Below are positions 30,407 through 40,461 of a stretch of DNA of 64,000 nucleotides, piece after piece. The stretch lies in the NCBI GenBank assembly GCA_050295955.1, contig JBNKQQ010000083.1, positions 10,219 to 74,218 on the forward strand, read 5' to 3'. The stretch's first letter is position 1. Each line of letters starts with the position of its first letter. This DNA is from Thiohalomonadales bacterium (lineage in GTDB: Bacteria; Pseudomonadota; Gammaproteobacteria; RBG-16-57-12). The notes beneath the pieces are model-generated. The model was not told where the DNA came from, made no database searches, and worked only from the letters and a program-made list of their open reading frames with translations. The position numbers and the translations under genes are program-made.

Positions 30407-31099
30407 ATGAAACCCACATCCCTATTTTATCCACTAGTTCTGGTGTTGGTGTTGTCGGGCTGTGCATCGACAGAATTGAAAGAACAGAATACCTCACTTC
30501 AGCAGCAAGTTACCGAGCTGGAGAGTGAGCAACAGCAGCAGCAAAAGGCTCATGAGCAGGAGGTTAAGCAGCTGCAACGGGATTATGCAGATAAGTTGCG
30601 CTCAGCAGAGAGCATGGCCGAGGGTGAGAAACTCTCCATGCGTAACGAGATGGCCAGCATGCGCCGTGAACTTTCCCAGGTGCTGTCAGAGAAAGAGGCG
30701 TTGATTAAGCAGGTTAATGATTTGACGGTCATTGATTTGAATCAAACCCTGTTGTTTGCCTCTGGCGGTGTGGAATTGACACCGGAAGGGAAGGGGGTGG
30801 TTAGGGAGCTGGCCAGTGCCCTGGTGGGGTATCCCGGTTATCATGTGCGTATTGAGGGGCACACTGATAATTTGCCATTAAATGAGGAGCTGAAAGCGCA
30901 GTTCATCTCCAACTGGGAACTCTCCGCAATGCGGGCTAGCAATGTGGCAAAGTATTTGGTGTATGGTTTGGGATCTGATAAGAAGCACATTTCGATTGCC
31001 GGTTTTGCCGATACCCGGCCGGTGGCAGATAACTCGACTCCCCAGGGACGTGCGGAAAATCGTCGTGTCAGGGTGGTGGTTTTCAAAGAGCTGGATTAA
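30407..31099 (+). CDS. OmpA/MotB-domain lipoprotein with coiled-coil linker
   Basis: Lipobox LVLSGC. Gln-rich coiled coil. C-terminal OmpA-like motifs (TDNLP ... NRRV). Confidence 0.75.
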   Translation: MKPTSLFYPLVLVLVLSGCASTELKEQNTSLQQQVTELESEQQQQQKAHEQEVKQLQRDYADKLRSAESMAEGEKLSMRNEMASMRRELSQVLSEKEALIKQVNDLTVIDLNQTLLFASGGVELTPEGKGVVRELASALVGYPGYHVRIEGHTDNLPLNEELKAQFISNWELSAMRASNVAKYLVYGLGSDKKHISIAGFADTRPVADNSTPQGRAENRRVRVVVFKELD

Positions 31100-31104
31100 T
31101 TAAC

Positions 31105-31135
31105 AAAAAGGCGCTGAGGGATCAGCGCCTTTTTG
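31105..31135. terminator. Bidirectional rho-independent terminator
   Basis: aaaaaggcgctga-ggga-tcagcgccttttt. Confidence 0.75.
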
Positions 31136-31150
31136 CATCATTCTTGATAT

Positions 31151-32851
31151 TTATTGATTCGATTTTTTGCCCTTCTCATCCTGAAGCATCTGTACAAGAT
31201 TAGAGGCACCAAGGATGGCTGCAGCGCCTTCATACCCACCTGTTGTGCCGTTGACTTGTACAGTGGGGATCTTGATGATATCTGGATTCTCAGCGGCCAC
31301 GGCCAGTACCTCTTTGAGCATTTGGAGCTGTAAGGTGCGCTCTTCACCCAGGACTTTTACCTGAGCTTTTTGACCAGCGGCGATTTCGATCAGCTTAAGC
31401 TTCTCCCCCTCGCCCTCCAGTTGCAGGCGGGTTTTGGTGTGTTCGGCTGCCTGCTTTTCAATCTCCGCTTTAACCAAGATGCTTTGTTGGTTAGCCGTTG
31501 CACGGTCACGTTCTACCTTGATGCGCTCGGATTGAGCCGCCTGTTCCTTACGGTAGGTCTCCTGTAGCTGGTCTGCCAGTTGCTCCCGTAATTTGGCTAC
31601 CAACAACTCCGGTGGAATGGCGGGCTCTCCCAGGCGAACTTCTTGGATGGAGACACCCGCCTTGGCGGCTTCTACAATGATGGTTTCTTCCACCGCAGAG
31701 GCGATCTCGTCACGTTTTTCGATGAAGTCCAGTACCCTGCGCTCAGCATGGCCACCGATGGTGCGCAGGACATCACGGATGACCGGTGTGACGATGCGAT
31801 TCTCTACGTCTTCGATGGTGCCTACGGAAGCCACTACTTTGGCGGCATCCTTGGGATACACCTGTGTAACAACACGCATCTCTACTGGGATGGTCCACCC
31901 TTCAACCCGCACGTTAATGGCCTGATCTGCGGCATCTTCCGGTACGGGAATCTCCTTAGAGGACTCTACCTGACGAATCGTGCCGTTGTCTTCAACTCGC
32001 AAGTTGATGGTACGTTGTGTGTAGCCACCTTTATAAGACCAAGTCTGAACCCTTGTGGGAATGATGGTGGGGACGTAGGCCTTGGGATTCAGGTAGTAGC
32101 GCCCAGGGGAGAGCGGGGTATCCCATACACCGATGCATCCTTTGGGAACAATGGGGGTTGCCACATTAGCTCCTGAGGAGCCTTGTGCAGTATCAATGGC
32201 ATCCGGGCAGTCGGTGCGACTGGCGACGTTGGAGCGAATAACGGCTACGTGACCCGTCTCAACGTCGAGAGCACGAGCGGGTTTGATGTCGTAAAGATAA
32301 TGATTGATACGGTATTTACCAGGACGAAGCACCGTCAGCTGTGGGCCTTTTTGCCCACTACCCTCTGAGAGGAAATAGCTGGCATCCAGCATCTGTTCAA
32401 ATTGTTTTTCTGGCCACTCATCGGCAATAAATTGCCCATCACGCAGCGGGGAGCCATCTTTAGTGGTGATGAAACCGAGACTACCTTCGGGTATCTCAAC
32501 AACCGGCAACTCCTCCAATTCATAGAGTACCTGAACGAAGGGGATGAAGTGGAAACCAGGGCCGAGAATTTCAGCTTGAGGTCCTTTCTCACCATTTACC
32601 GCAATGATCTTGCCGGGGGGGAGGTCAGAGGCAAAATAGATGCGTTTGAGGTGACCTGTGCCTTCACTATCGATGATGACGAAGGAGCGGGTGATGACGC
32701 CAAGAATACCTGCAACAATCAATAACTTGCCCAGTAGGCTAGGCGGTAGGGCAGGGATTCTCTGGCGTAAAAAGGCAACAATAGGCCCAATGCCAGAGAG
32801 TGCCATTAGGCCGATGATGATGGCAGCAAGGGAGATTGCAACGGTGAGCAT
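31151..32851 (-). CDS. SPFH/Band-7 (flotillin-like, YqiK-type) membrane protein
   Basis: N-terminal TM segments. SPFH core. Long Glu/Ala/Gln-rich coiled coil. 566 aa. Confidence 0.7.
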   Translation of the reverse strand: MLTVAISLAAIIIGLMALSGIGPIVAFLRQRIPALPPSLLGKLLIVAGILGVITRSFVIIDSEGTGHLKRIYFASDLPPGKIIAVNGEKGPQAEILGPGFHFIPFVQVLYELEELPVVEIPEGSLGFITTKDGSPLRDGQFIADEWPEKQFEQMLDASYFLSEGSGQKGPQLTVLRPGKYRINHYLYDIKPARALDVETGHVAVIRSNVASRTDCPDAIDTAQGSSGANVATPIVPKGCIGVWDTPLSPGRYYLNPKAYVPTIIPTRVQTWSYKGGYTQRTINLRVEDNGTIRQVESSKEIPVPEDAADQAINVRVEGWTIPVEMRVVTQVYPKDAAKVVASVGTIEDVENRIVTPVIRDVLRTIGGHAERRVLDFIEKRDEIASAVEETIIVEAAKAGVSIQEVRLGEPAIPPELLVAKLREQLADQLQETYRKEQAAQSERIKVERDRATANQQSILVKAEIEKQAAEHTKTRLQLEGEGEKLKLIEIAAGQKAQVKVLGEERTLQLQMLKEVLAVAAENPDIIKIPTVQVNGTTGGYEGAAAILGASNLVQMLQDEKGKKSNQ

Positions 32852-33005
32852 GGAGAAGTCCTTTTTTAGTGATATGTGGGGTTATCGTGGCTATTTTTTC
32901 CTATATCGTCAAGGGGTTGTGGGTTCAGTATTGATCCAGATCTGCCTTTGCTGGGCAAAAAGGCGTATAATGCAATTTTAATGTTATTGGAGCCAGGAAT
33001 AGAGC

Positions 33006-33344
33006 ATGAGCAACCTACCTAATTGCCCGAAATGCGGATCGGAATATACCTATGAAGATGGCGCGATGTATATCTGCCCAGAGTGCGCCCATGAATGGTC
33101 TCAGGATGCTGCTGCGGAGGCAGATGAGCAGGACGTGATTAAGGATGCTAATGGCAATGTACTGCAGGATGGCGATACAGTAACTGTTATTAAGGACCTT
33201 AAGGTGAAGGGCTCCTCATCAGTGGTTAAGGTGGGCACCAAGGTGAAGAATATCCGTTTGGTTGGCGGTGATCACGATATTGATTGTAAGATTGATGGTT
33301 TTGGCCAGATGTCGCTGAAGTCGGAGTTTGTCAAAAAGGTTTAA
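33006..33344 (+). CDS. phnA: PhnA/YjdC zinc-ribbon protein
   Basis: Near colinear with E. coli PhnA ([30 protein letters not shown] ... [17 protein letters not shown]). Confidence 0.9.
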   Translation: MSNLPNCPKCGSEYTYEDGAMYICPECAHEWSQDAAAEADEQDVIKDANGNVLQDGDTVTVIKDLKVKGSSSVVKVGTKVKNIRLVGGDHDIDCKIDGFGQMSLKSEFVKKV

Positions 33345-33375
33345 TCCTTTTCTTACCAAAACGACGCAGTCAAAA

Positions 33376-33410
33376 AAGCCTGGATGGGTTGCCATCTGGG
33401 CTTTTTTATT
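33376..33410 (+). terminator. Rho-independent terminator after phnA
   Basis: agcctggatgg-gtt-gccatctgggct (with G-U pairs) followed by tttttt. Confidence 0.65.
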
Positions 33411-33563
33411 GCCGATCCGCTTTGCAAGGGGATGCGTCATTTAGATGTAGTCTATTTCAAATAATCATACTATCTGTTAAAAACATTAAAAAAAATATTA
33501 AAATTTGATTAGAAGAGAACGATATAAAGGGCGTGGATAAAATAAATATGAAGGGTATCAGTC

Positions 33564-33734
33564 ATGGAACAATTCACTCTCGGTAAGCGGATTCTTGTCA
33601 CCTTTTTTATTTTAATGTTTGCATCCCCTGCCTTTGCTTGCACTCTCAGTGATGAAGTAAAGGGCTTCTCTGATACGGAATCTATTCATAACGCTGTTGT
33701 TACTTGTTTATCCGCTCTCTATAGCGAGGAATAG
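33564..33734 (+). CDS. Small secreted peptide, paralog 1 (56 aa). Not in the ORF track
   Basis: MEQFTLGKRILVTFFILMFASPAFA-CTLSDEVKGFSDTESIHNAVVTCLSALYSEE. Signal peptide with AxA-C cleavage. Confidence 0.4.
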   Translation: MEQFTLGKRILVTFFILMFASPAFACTLSDEVKGFSDTESIHNAVVTCLSALYSEE

Positions 33735-33768
33735 ACGATTTAATCAAATAGAATAGAAGGGTTTTCTT

Positions 33769-33939
33769 ATGAAGAAGAGTTTATTGGCGAAATTACTAAT
33801 GAGTGGTGTTGTTGCTCTACTCGTTTCTATCCCTGCATTGGCATGCTCATTGGAGCCTGCTGGGCAAAGTTACAGTGATACGGACTTTGTCGATGTGGAA
33901 ACAATTCACTTGCTGTCTAAGCTGTACATCGAAGAGTAG
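33769..33939 (+). CDS. Small secreted peptide, paralog 2 (56 aa). Not in the ORF track
   Basis: MKKSLLAKLLMSGVVALLVSIPALA-CSLEPAGQSYSDTDFVDVETIHLLSKLYIEE. Shares C-[TS]-L, SDT, IH and LY-x-EE with paralog 1. Confidence 0.4.
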   Translation: MKKSLLAKLLMSGVVALLVSIPALACSLEPAGQSYSDTDFVDVETIHLLSKLYIEE

Positions 33940-33978
33940 TCAATGATAGCGCCCCCTGTTGGGGGCGCAGGCTGTTTT

Positions 33979-34416
33979 TCAAATGGAGCGTGTCATTTTC
34001 TGATGTGGAATGCCGGCATCAAGGAATTCATCGCTCGCTATCGTAAAACCATGGCGTTGGTAAAAACTGATTGCATGACATTGAGCATCAAGCTCAATGG
34101 TTTTGATAGCGTGCTTTGCCGCCAGTTCTATCATCTGGGTGAGCAGACAGCTTCCTACTCCCTGCTGGCGCCATGGCTTGATGACTGCCATGCGGCCAAT
34201 ATGGCCATCTTTTAACATTCTGACACAGCCTATCGGATTACTATGATGATCAACGGCTAAAAGATGAAAGGCGTTGTTGTCTTCACCATCCCACTCCAGT
34301 GATTCTGGTACATTCTGCTCTTCGATAAAGACCTGCCGCCGAATAGTGGCGAGAGCTTGTTGCTGCTGCTGCCAGCTAACCTGCTGAACGGTATAGTTTG
34401 ATCTATTCATCTTCAA
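33979..34416 (-). CDS. GNAT family N-acetyltransferase
   Basis: RQQGVGSCLL acetyl-CoA binding motif. 145 aa. Confidence 0.75.
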   Translation of the reverse strand: MKMNRSNYTVQQVSWQQQQQALATIRRQVFIEEQNVPESLEWDGEDNNAFHLLAVDHHSNPIGCVRMLKDGHIGRMAVIKPWRQQGVGSCLLTQMIELAAKHAIKTIELDAQCHAISFYQRHGFTIASDEFLDAGIPHQKMTRSI

Positions 34417-35578
34417 AATAGAGCATTCCCAGATTTACCCAGTGCAATAGCAATTGACCGCACTCTTCATCTTGAATGTAGGGGGTGAGTTGCTCGTGGG
34501 TTAGAGTGAAGTGGTCGCAGAGTAATATGCCCAGTTTGGCCTGGTTGCCGTCCAATAGATGGGGCTCCCCATCGATAAACAGCTGGATGTGCTGTTTGTC
34601 TTGCCTGAAAAAGTGAAAGCGGCATTGCTCGTTACGCCTTAATGGTTGGTATGCGATATGGTCCCGTAGCTCTTGGGTGGTGAACGGTTGTTCTGGGAGT
34701 AATGGGGTTAAGGGATTTCGGGGCTCGCTGATAAAGCGACCGAACCACTCACCGACACTTTTTTCATCCAGAGGCAGTTGTTGTAGCAATTGAGTAAGTT
34801 TATTGATGGTATCCGAGCTGATTTCTCCCGGGTGCTGCTGGGGCTGGAGCTGAGTGTCTGTAAAGTAGGTCGATAGAGATCCGTGCTCCAGAAGGTAATC
34901 CATAAAGCTTGTTTGTAGTTCGCTCTGGGATAAGGCGCGATAGCCGATGGAGAAGGTCAAGCTATCTCCCTGTGCAACACCATAATGGGCCACACCTGGG
35001 GGAAGATAGAGCATATCTCCCGGTTCCAGCACCCAGTCATGCTCCGCCTCGAATGTTTTCATGATGCGTAACGGCACATCTTCCAGGTAGTTATCTTTGG
35101 CAACCTGATTGGTATCAATGCGCCAGCGCTTTTGTCCCTCAACCTGTAGCAGGAAGACGTCGTAAAGGTCGTAATGAGGGCCGACGGTACCTTGATCAGG
35201 TGAGTAGCTGATCATGATGTCATCGAACCACCAGCTGGGGATAAAACTGAACTGCTCCAGCAGTGATGAGAGTTCAGGTATATGGCGATTGGCTTCCTGA
35301 ACCAGCAGGCTCCAGTGAGTGGAAGGTAGTTTGCTGAAGGTGGATTCATTGAATGGGCCACAAAGCAATTCCCATGGGGTGCTACCTCCTTGCTCAATGA
35401 CTAAGCGAGATTCCACTTCCTCTTCACAGGCGAGCCCGGCAAGCTCTTCTGCGGCAATAGGGGAGTGATAATCCGCTAGCGCATTACGAATCAAGAGAGG
35501 CTTTTTTTGCCAATATTGATCAAAAAATTGTTGGGGGGTAATACCGCCAAGAAGAGGGAGCTGAGTTGCATTTTTCAT
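34403..35578 (-). CDS. roxA: Ribosomal protein L16 arginine hydroxylase RoxA/YcfD (JmjC/cupin)
   Basis: Colinear with E. coli YcfD: WQKKP, GPHYDLYDVFLLQVEGQKRWRI, LYLPPGVAHYGVA. Confidence 0.8.
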   Translation of the reverse strand: MKNATQLPLLGGITPQQFFDQYWQKKPLLIRNALADYHSPIAAEELAGLACEEEVESRLVIEQGGSTPWELLCGPFNESTFSKLPSTHWSLLVQEANRHIPELSSLLEQFSFIPSWWFDDIMISYSPDQGTVGPHYDLYDVFLLQVEGQKRWRIDTNQVAKDNYLEDVPLRIMKTFEAEHDWVLEPGDMLYLPPGVAHYGVAQGDSLTFSIGYRALSQSELQTSFMDYLLEHGSLSTYFTDTQLQPQQHPGEISSDTINKLTQLLQQLPLDEKSVGEWFGRFISEPRNPLTPLLPEQPFTTQELRDHIAYQPLRRNEQCRFHFFRQDKQHIQLFIDGEPHLLDGNQAKLGILLCDHFTLTHEQLTPYIQDEECGQLLLHWVNLGMLYFEDE

Positions 35579-35599
35579 GACCTAAGGATACCCCAATGG

Positions 35600-35632
35600 T
35601 AAAAAAAATGCCCGCACAAGGCGGGCTAATGT
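35600..35632 (-). terminator. Rho-independent terminator on the minus strand upstream of roxA
   Basis: gcccgc-cttgt-gcgggc followed by an 8-T run on the minus strand. Confidence 0.55.
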
Positions 35633-35827
35633 TTCGGAAGGGTAGATTAGACATCTTGTCCAATGGGGTAAAAGCAACTATAGGGCTCTTTAAGCAGAGA
35701 AACTGAGAGGCGGATCACAAAAGGGCTAAGTGATTTTTAAAATTGATAATAAATCTTGTAGGAGGGGGGATAGATAGCAGCAGCCTTGTGGACTTGGGCT
35801 GCTGCTTAGTTTAATGCGAGAGGGGGC

Positions 35828-36067
35828 TTATTGGGGCGAATGGGGGGCATTGTCCCCCCCTTCTTCTTTGCCTTCTTCTTTAGGTGGCGTGGCGCAGGTT
35901 TTGATTCCAGTGATGGTATAGAGCGGGCACCAGCCAATGGCCGCGGTAATCAGAGGAATCAATCCTATCCACCCCCACGGAGTTTGGGGGCCAATAAAGA
36001 CCAGAGATAGTAGTGCCAGGCCGATAATGGCGCGCACCAAGCGATCAATTAATCCGACATTGCACAT
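35828..36067 (-). CDS. DUF2892 (YgaP-like) small membrane protein
   Basis: GWCPLY...G..TC motif and two TM helices. Confidence 0.6.
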   Translation of the reverse strand: MCNVGLIDRLVRAIIGLALLSLVFIGPQTPWGWIGLIPLITAAIGWCPLYTITGIKTCATPPKEEGKEEGGDNAPHSPQ

Positions 36068-36132
36068 TTCATATCTCCTTGTCTTTAATGGTCTCTCCTA
36101 ATGAATAGACTAAACCTGTGTGACAGACAAGG

Positions 36133-37020
36133 TTAATTGCCGTAGCGTTTGGTCAGGTCGTCATAGGCATCGATACGGCGGTCACGGAAGTAAGGCCAGA
36201 TTCGGCGTACTTGTTCAGTGCGTCCCTTATCGATAGTTGCAACCAAAATTTGGGGCTCGTCATTGCTGGCAACTTCAAGGAACTCTCCCTGAGGACCGCA
36301 GATGAAGCTATTTCCCCAGAATTGAATGCCTAGGCTTTGTCCGCTTGGATCGGCTTCATGTCCGGTACGATTGGCAGAGATCACAGGCAGGCCATTCGCA
36401 ATGGCATGGCTGCGTTGGATGGTGATCCAGGCATTGAGCTGGCGTTGCTGCTCTGCTTCATCGTCGCTAGGATCCCAGCCGATAGCGGTGGGATAGAGCA
36501 GGATTTCTGCCCCGTTCATGGCCATCAGCCTGGCGGCTTCTGGATACCACTGGTCCCAACATACCAATACGCCCAGTTTGCCAACAGAGGTTTCAATGGG
36601 TTGAAAGCCCAAGTCGCCAGGGGTGAAGTAGAACTTCTCGTAGAAACCGGGATCATCCGGGATATGCATTTTGCGGTACTTTCCGGCCAATGAGCCATCA
36701 CTCTCCAGAACCACCGCTGTGTTGTGGTAGAGGCCAGGGGCGCGGCGCTCAAAGAGTGAGGCAACAATCACGATGCCCAACTCTGCCGCCAGATCACCAA
36801 GCTGATGGGTGGTAGGGCCTGGGATGGTCTCTGCCAAGTCAAAGTGGCTGGTATCCTCGGTCTGGCAGAAGTAAGGGCCGGTATGGAGCTCTTGTAGCAG
36901 TACTAGCTCTGCGCCTTCGGCATGAGCTTCACGAATCGCCTCTATGCTGAGGTCAAGATTGGCCTCACGGTTTTCGGCAAGTTGTTGTTGAACCAGGGCA
37001 ACAGTCAATTGTGTATTCAT
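36133..37020 (-). CDS. aguB: N-carbamoylputrescine amidase (CN hydrolase)
   Basis: CN-hydrolase E-K-C triad context (LVCWDQWYPE). 295 aa. Adjacent to agmatine deiminase. Confidence 0.8.
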   Translation of the reverse strand: MNTQLTVALVQQQLAENREANLDLSIEAIREAHAEGAELVLLQELHTGPYFCQTEDTSHFDLAETIPGPTTHQLGDLAAELGIVIVASLFERRAPGLYHNTAVVLESDGSLAGKYRKMHIPDDPGFYEKFYFTPGDLGFQPIETSVGKLGVLVCWDQWYPEAARLMAMNGAEILLYPTAIGWDPSDDEAEQQRQLNAWITIQRSHAIANGLPVISANRTGHEADPSGQSLGIQFWGNSFICGPQGEFLEVASNDEPQILVATIDKGRTEQVRRIWPYFRDRRIDAYDDLTKRYGN

Positions 37021-37038
37021 GATGTGAAGCTCTCTGAA

Positions 37039-38088
37039 TTATTGGGGGAGTACGCCGGCAGGCAGTTGCATGGTAACGCAGTGCAGGCTGCCATATTGCC
37101 AAATCAGTGGTAGACAGTTGATACCTATAATCTCTTTGTCTGGGAAGCCGGTTTTTAGTTGCTCAAGGGCCAGGGCATCCTGTGGATCGTCATAGGTCGG
37201 GGCCAGTACAGCGCCGTTAATAATGAGAAAGTTAGCATAGCTTGCGGGCAGTTTTTTACCCTCCTCATTATATTTAACTCCCGGCCATGGAAGAGGGATT
37301 AATTTATACGGATTGCCAGCACTGGTAGTCATGGCCTGAAGTTGCTGCTCCATCGCCTTGAGAGCCGGATAGTGCTCATCTTCAGGATCATCACAACTAA
37401 CATAGATTATGGTCTCTTCATTGCAAAAGCGGGCCAGGGTATCGATATGGCTGTCAGTATCATCCCCAGCCAGGTAGCCGTGATCCAGCCAAAGCACTCG
37501 TTTTAGGCCGAATAGCTCGCATAACTGTTTTTCAATCTGTTGTTTATCCATCTCTGGATTGCGGGTGTCCGACAGCAGACAGGCAGAGGTAGTAAGTAGG
37601 GTATCTTTGCCATCAGACTCGATACCACCACCCTCCAGCACCATGTTGATTACTTGGCGTGGCGTACTGCCAAAGGCGCCAAGCTCATGGAGCTTTCCGG
37701 TGATTAGATTGTCCAGGTTGGACTCAAACTTGTCGCCCCAGGCGTTAAAGGTGAAATCCAGTAGGGTAGGCTGGCCGTTTACCAATATGGTGATTGGGCC
37801 GTGATCACGAGCCCAACTGTCATCGCTACTCACTTGGTAAAAGGTAATCTTTTGCAGGGCGACACCGGCTTGTTCCAGCTGCTGTTGAATATGGGCGAGG
37901 TGTGTATTATCGAAAGCACTAATTAATAGGGGTTCACGTAGCGTTACTTGCTTGGCGATCTCGATAAAGACCGGCTCCACTTCAGCGAGGTAGGGAGCCC
38001 AGTCGGTTTGGGGGTGAGGCCAGGTTAACATTACGCCGCTTTGTGGAGCCCACTCGGCGGGCAGAATCACAGCAGACGCATTGGTCAT
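37039..38088 (-). CDS. aguA: Agmatine deiminase
   Basis: PAD_porph family features. C-terminal GSLHCVTMQ with catalytic Cys. 349 aa. Confidence 0.8.
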   Translation of the reverse strand: MTNASAVILPAEWAPQSGVMLTWPHPQTDWAPYLAEVEPVFIEIAKQVTLREPLLISAFDNTHLAHIQQQLEQAGVALQKITFYQVSSDDSWARDHGPITILVNGQPTLLDFTFNAWGDKFESNLDNLITGKLHELGAFGSTPRQVINMVLEGGGIESDGKDTLLTTSACLLSDTRNPEMDKQQIEKQLCELFGLKRVLWLDHGYLAGDDTDSHIDTLARFCNEETIIYVSCDDPEDEHYPALKAMEQQLQAMTTSAGNPYKLIPLPWPGVKYNEEGKKLPASYANFLIINGAVLAPTYDDPQDALALEQLKTGFPDKEIIGINCLPLIWQYGSLHCVTMQLPAGVLPQ

Positions 38089-38102
38089 AGATTGCCCTCA
38101 AA

Positions 38103-39368
38103 TCAGGTTTTACGAAGGTGTGGATAGATGCGTGCGGATTTTACCGTATTATCCTTGGTTTGCAGAATATCTATTGGATAGCCGGCCAAACGTAGGCTGG
38201 TGCCGGCTTCGGGAATGTCCTCCAGATATTCGATAATCAGTCCACTCAATGTTTTTGGACCGTCAGTGGGAAGCTCCCAATGCATCAGCTTATTGATTTG
38301 ACGGATATTTAGGCCACCATCCAGAATGAAGCAGCCGTCAGCTTCTTTATGAATGCCTTTGTGGGTGGCTGACGGGTCAGAGGTGAACTCACCCACAATC
38401 TCTTCCAAAATGTCTTCCAAGGTGACCAGCCCCAGCATCTCACCATATTCATCCACCACGACACCGATACGGCGACGGTTACGCTGCATATCCTGTAGCA
38501 CATTGTGTAGCTGGGAACCTTCATGGACGAAGTAAGGTTCACGCATCAGGTTGCGGATGCTTTCTTGATTCAGATTGCCTCTTTGTTGCTGGTGAAAGAC
38601 ATTCTTCAGATGCAGCATACCTACCACATTATTAATATCGCCTTCATACACTAGGATCCGGGTGTGCTGGCTGTGGGTCAGCTGTTTGACGATCTTCTCT
38701 TCATCCTGCTCAAGATCGATGGCAAACACCTCATTACGAGGGATCATGATGTCCTCGACTGTGACCTGCTCCAGATCAATGATGCTTAGCAACATCGCTT
38801 GGTGGCGTCGTGGAATCATTGCGCCCGCCTCATTAACCACAGTACGCAGCTCCTCGCGGGAAAGCGTGTCGTTGCTATTCTGGCTAAGGGGGACGCCCAG
38901 TAGTCGCAGCACTGAGTTTGCCATTAAATTGGTCAGCCATACCAGAGGGTAGAGCAGGGTTAGCAGTGGCTTGAGTAGTAGGCTTACCGGAAAGGCGAAG
39001 CGCTCTGGGTGGAGAGCTGCAATGGTCTTAGGCGCCACTTCGGAGAATATCAGTACCAAGAAGGTGAGAACGCCGGTAGCAATGGCAATACCAGCCTCTC
39101 CATAGAGTCGCATACCGATAATGGTCGCCAGGGCTGAAGCCGCGATATTAACGAAGTTATTGCCCAGCAGAATCAGGCCGATCAGGCGTTCAGGGCGCTG
39201 CAGCAGCTCCTGAGAGCGCTTGGCGCCGCGGTGTCCTGATTTGGCCAGATGTTTGAGGCGATAACGGTTGAGGCTCATCAGACTGGTTTCAGAGCCTGAG
39301 AAAAAGCCGGAGAGGACCAATAAAAATGCCAGGGCGCCAAATAGCGCCCCTAGGGGTATCTCATCCAA
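38103..39368 (-). CDS. corB: CNNM/CorC-HlyC family transporter (DUF21-CBS-CorC, YfjD/CorB-like)
   Basis: N-terminal DUF21 TM domain, paired CBS and C-terminal CorC_HlyC. Adjacent to ypjD and ffh as in E. coli. Confidence 0.8.
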   Translation of the reverse strand: MDEIPLGALFGALAFLLVLSGFFSGSETSLMSLNRYRLKHLAKSGHRGAKRSQELLQRPERLIGLILLGNNFVNIAASALATIIGMRLYGEAGIAIATGVLTFLVLIFSEVAPKTIAALHPERFAFPVSLLLKPLLTLLYPLVWLTNLMANSVLRLLGVPLSQNSNDTLSREELRTVVNEAGAMIPRRHQAMLLSIIDLEQVTVEDIMIPRNEVFAIDLEQDEEKIVKQLTHSQHTRILVYEGDINNVVGMLHLKNVFHQQQRGNLNQESIRNLMREPYFVHEGSQLHNVLQDMQRNRRRIGVVVDEYGEMLGLVTLEDILEEIVGEFTSDPSATHKGIHKEADGCFILDGGLNIRQINKLMHWELPTDGPKTLSGLIIEYLEDIPEAGTSLRLAGYPIDILQTKDNTVKSARIYPHLRKT

Positions 39369-39440
39369 GGATGAATCCTTTTGCAGTTACGATGTTTACT
39401 TTCTACGGATTGTGGTACCGGATGTCAACCAGTCCCATTA

Positions 39441-40259
39441 CTAGGAAAGGATCATCTCCAATACCACCTTGGTGCCGAAATAGGCCAGAAACAGCAAGAC
39501 AAAGCCAGAGAGTGTCCAGCGAATTGCAGTGCGTCCCCGCCAGCCATGGTAGTAACGACCCCAAAGCAGGGTGGCAAAAGTAAGCCAGGCGATAATGGAT
39601 AAAGTGGTTTTATGAACCAGTTGCTGGGCAAACAGGTTCTCTACATAGAGCAACCCTGTGGCCAGCGCAATGGTATGTAGAACAAAGCCCGCTGCAATAA
39701 ATTGGAACAACAATGTTTCCATGGTTTGTAGGGGAGGCAGCGATCGGATGAGACCGCCTGGGTGGCGGGAGCGCAGATGACGATCCTGTAGCGCCACAAT
39801 CAGGGATTGGATCGCCGCCACAGTCAGAGCGCTATAGGCCAGAATGGAGGTCAGGATATGAAACTTGATCTCTCTGGATACTTCTGCAGCCACAATGTGC
39901 GAGCTGGGAAATATCTGTTCCACCAATAGGGTGAGTCCAGCGGCAGGGAGGAAGATCACAACCAGGCTTTCCAGAGGTAGCTTGATGGTGGCTAAGACCA
40001 GTATCAAAGCGATCAGCCAGGTGATCAATGATGCAGCATTTGTTACCCCGAGATTAAGGCCTGGAGCCAGAAATAGGTCCTGAGAGAGCACGACAGCATG
40101 AAACGCGGCACCAAGTAGCGCCAGGGCAATGATGCTGCTTTTGCTTAGATAAGAGGCCAGGGTATTGCCCTGACGTTGGGAATTGAAGCGTAAGAACAAC
40201 AACATAGTTGCTGTTAAGTAAAACAGGATGGCACCGATACTAGTAAGCGATGAACTCAT
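39441..40259 (-). CDS. ypjD: Cytochrome c assembly family inner membrane protein YpjD
   Basis: 272 aa polytopic membrane protein, CcsA/CcmC-like. Conserved position next to ffh. Confidence 0.7.
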   Translation of the reverse strand: MSSSLTSIGAILFYLTATMLLFLRFNSQRQGNTLASYLSKSSIIALALLGAAFHAVVLSQDLFLAPGLNLGVTNAASLITWLIALILVLATIKLPLESLVVIFLPAAGLTLLVEQIFPSSHIVAAEVSREIKFHILTSILAYSALTVAAIQSLIVALQDRHLRSRHPGGLIRSLPPLQTMETLLFQFIAAGFVLHTIALATGLLYVENLFAQQLVHKTTLSIIAWLTFATLLWGRYYHGWRGRTAIRWTLSGFVLLFLAYFGTKVVLEMILS

Positions 40260-40461
40260 AAGGATATTTTCTTATTGGTTAACTATATGTGTGAATAATG
40301 GCACAACTGGGCGTTGCATAGAAGTGTTAGCGCCGCTATGAATGATTTTTTTACCCCAGCCTTCCATTATAACTATTTATATTATATATATTTAATGATG
40401 GCTGGGCGGCTATGGATAAAGATAACAACAATGTCTGCCGGCAAGAGCGAACTGGTGAACT

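Noticed and set aside
29607-30410. 267-aa plus-strand ORF
   Set aside because: Antisense to the well-supported DEAD-box helicase gene (28994-30280). Ser/Arg-rich low-complexity translation.
31593-32981. Several plus-strand ORFs (61-177 aa) across 31.6-33.0 kb
   Set aside because: All are antisense to the flotillin/SPFH gene (31151-32851). No motifs or start-site support.
35579-35827. Searched this and other >150-bp intergenic regions for tRNA/tmRNA-like cloverleaf signatures
   Set aside because: Found only terminator hairpins (gcccgc-acaag-gcgggc, gcagcagcc...ggctgctgc). No acceptor/T-arm pattern recognisable by eye. No tRNA is claimed in the window. A tRNAscan-SE or ARAGORN run would be needed to be certain.
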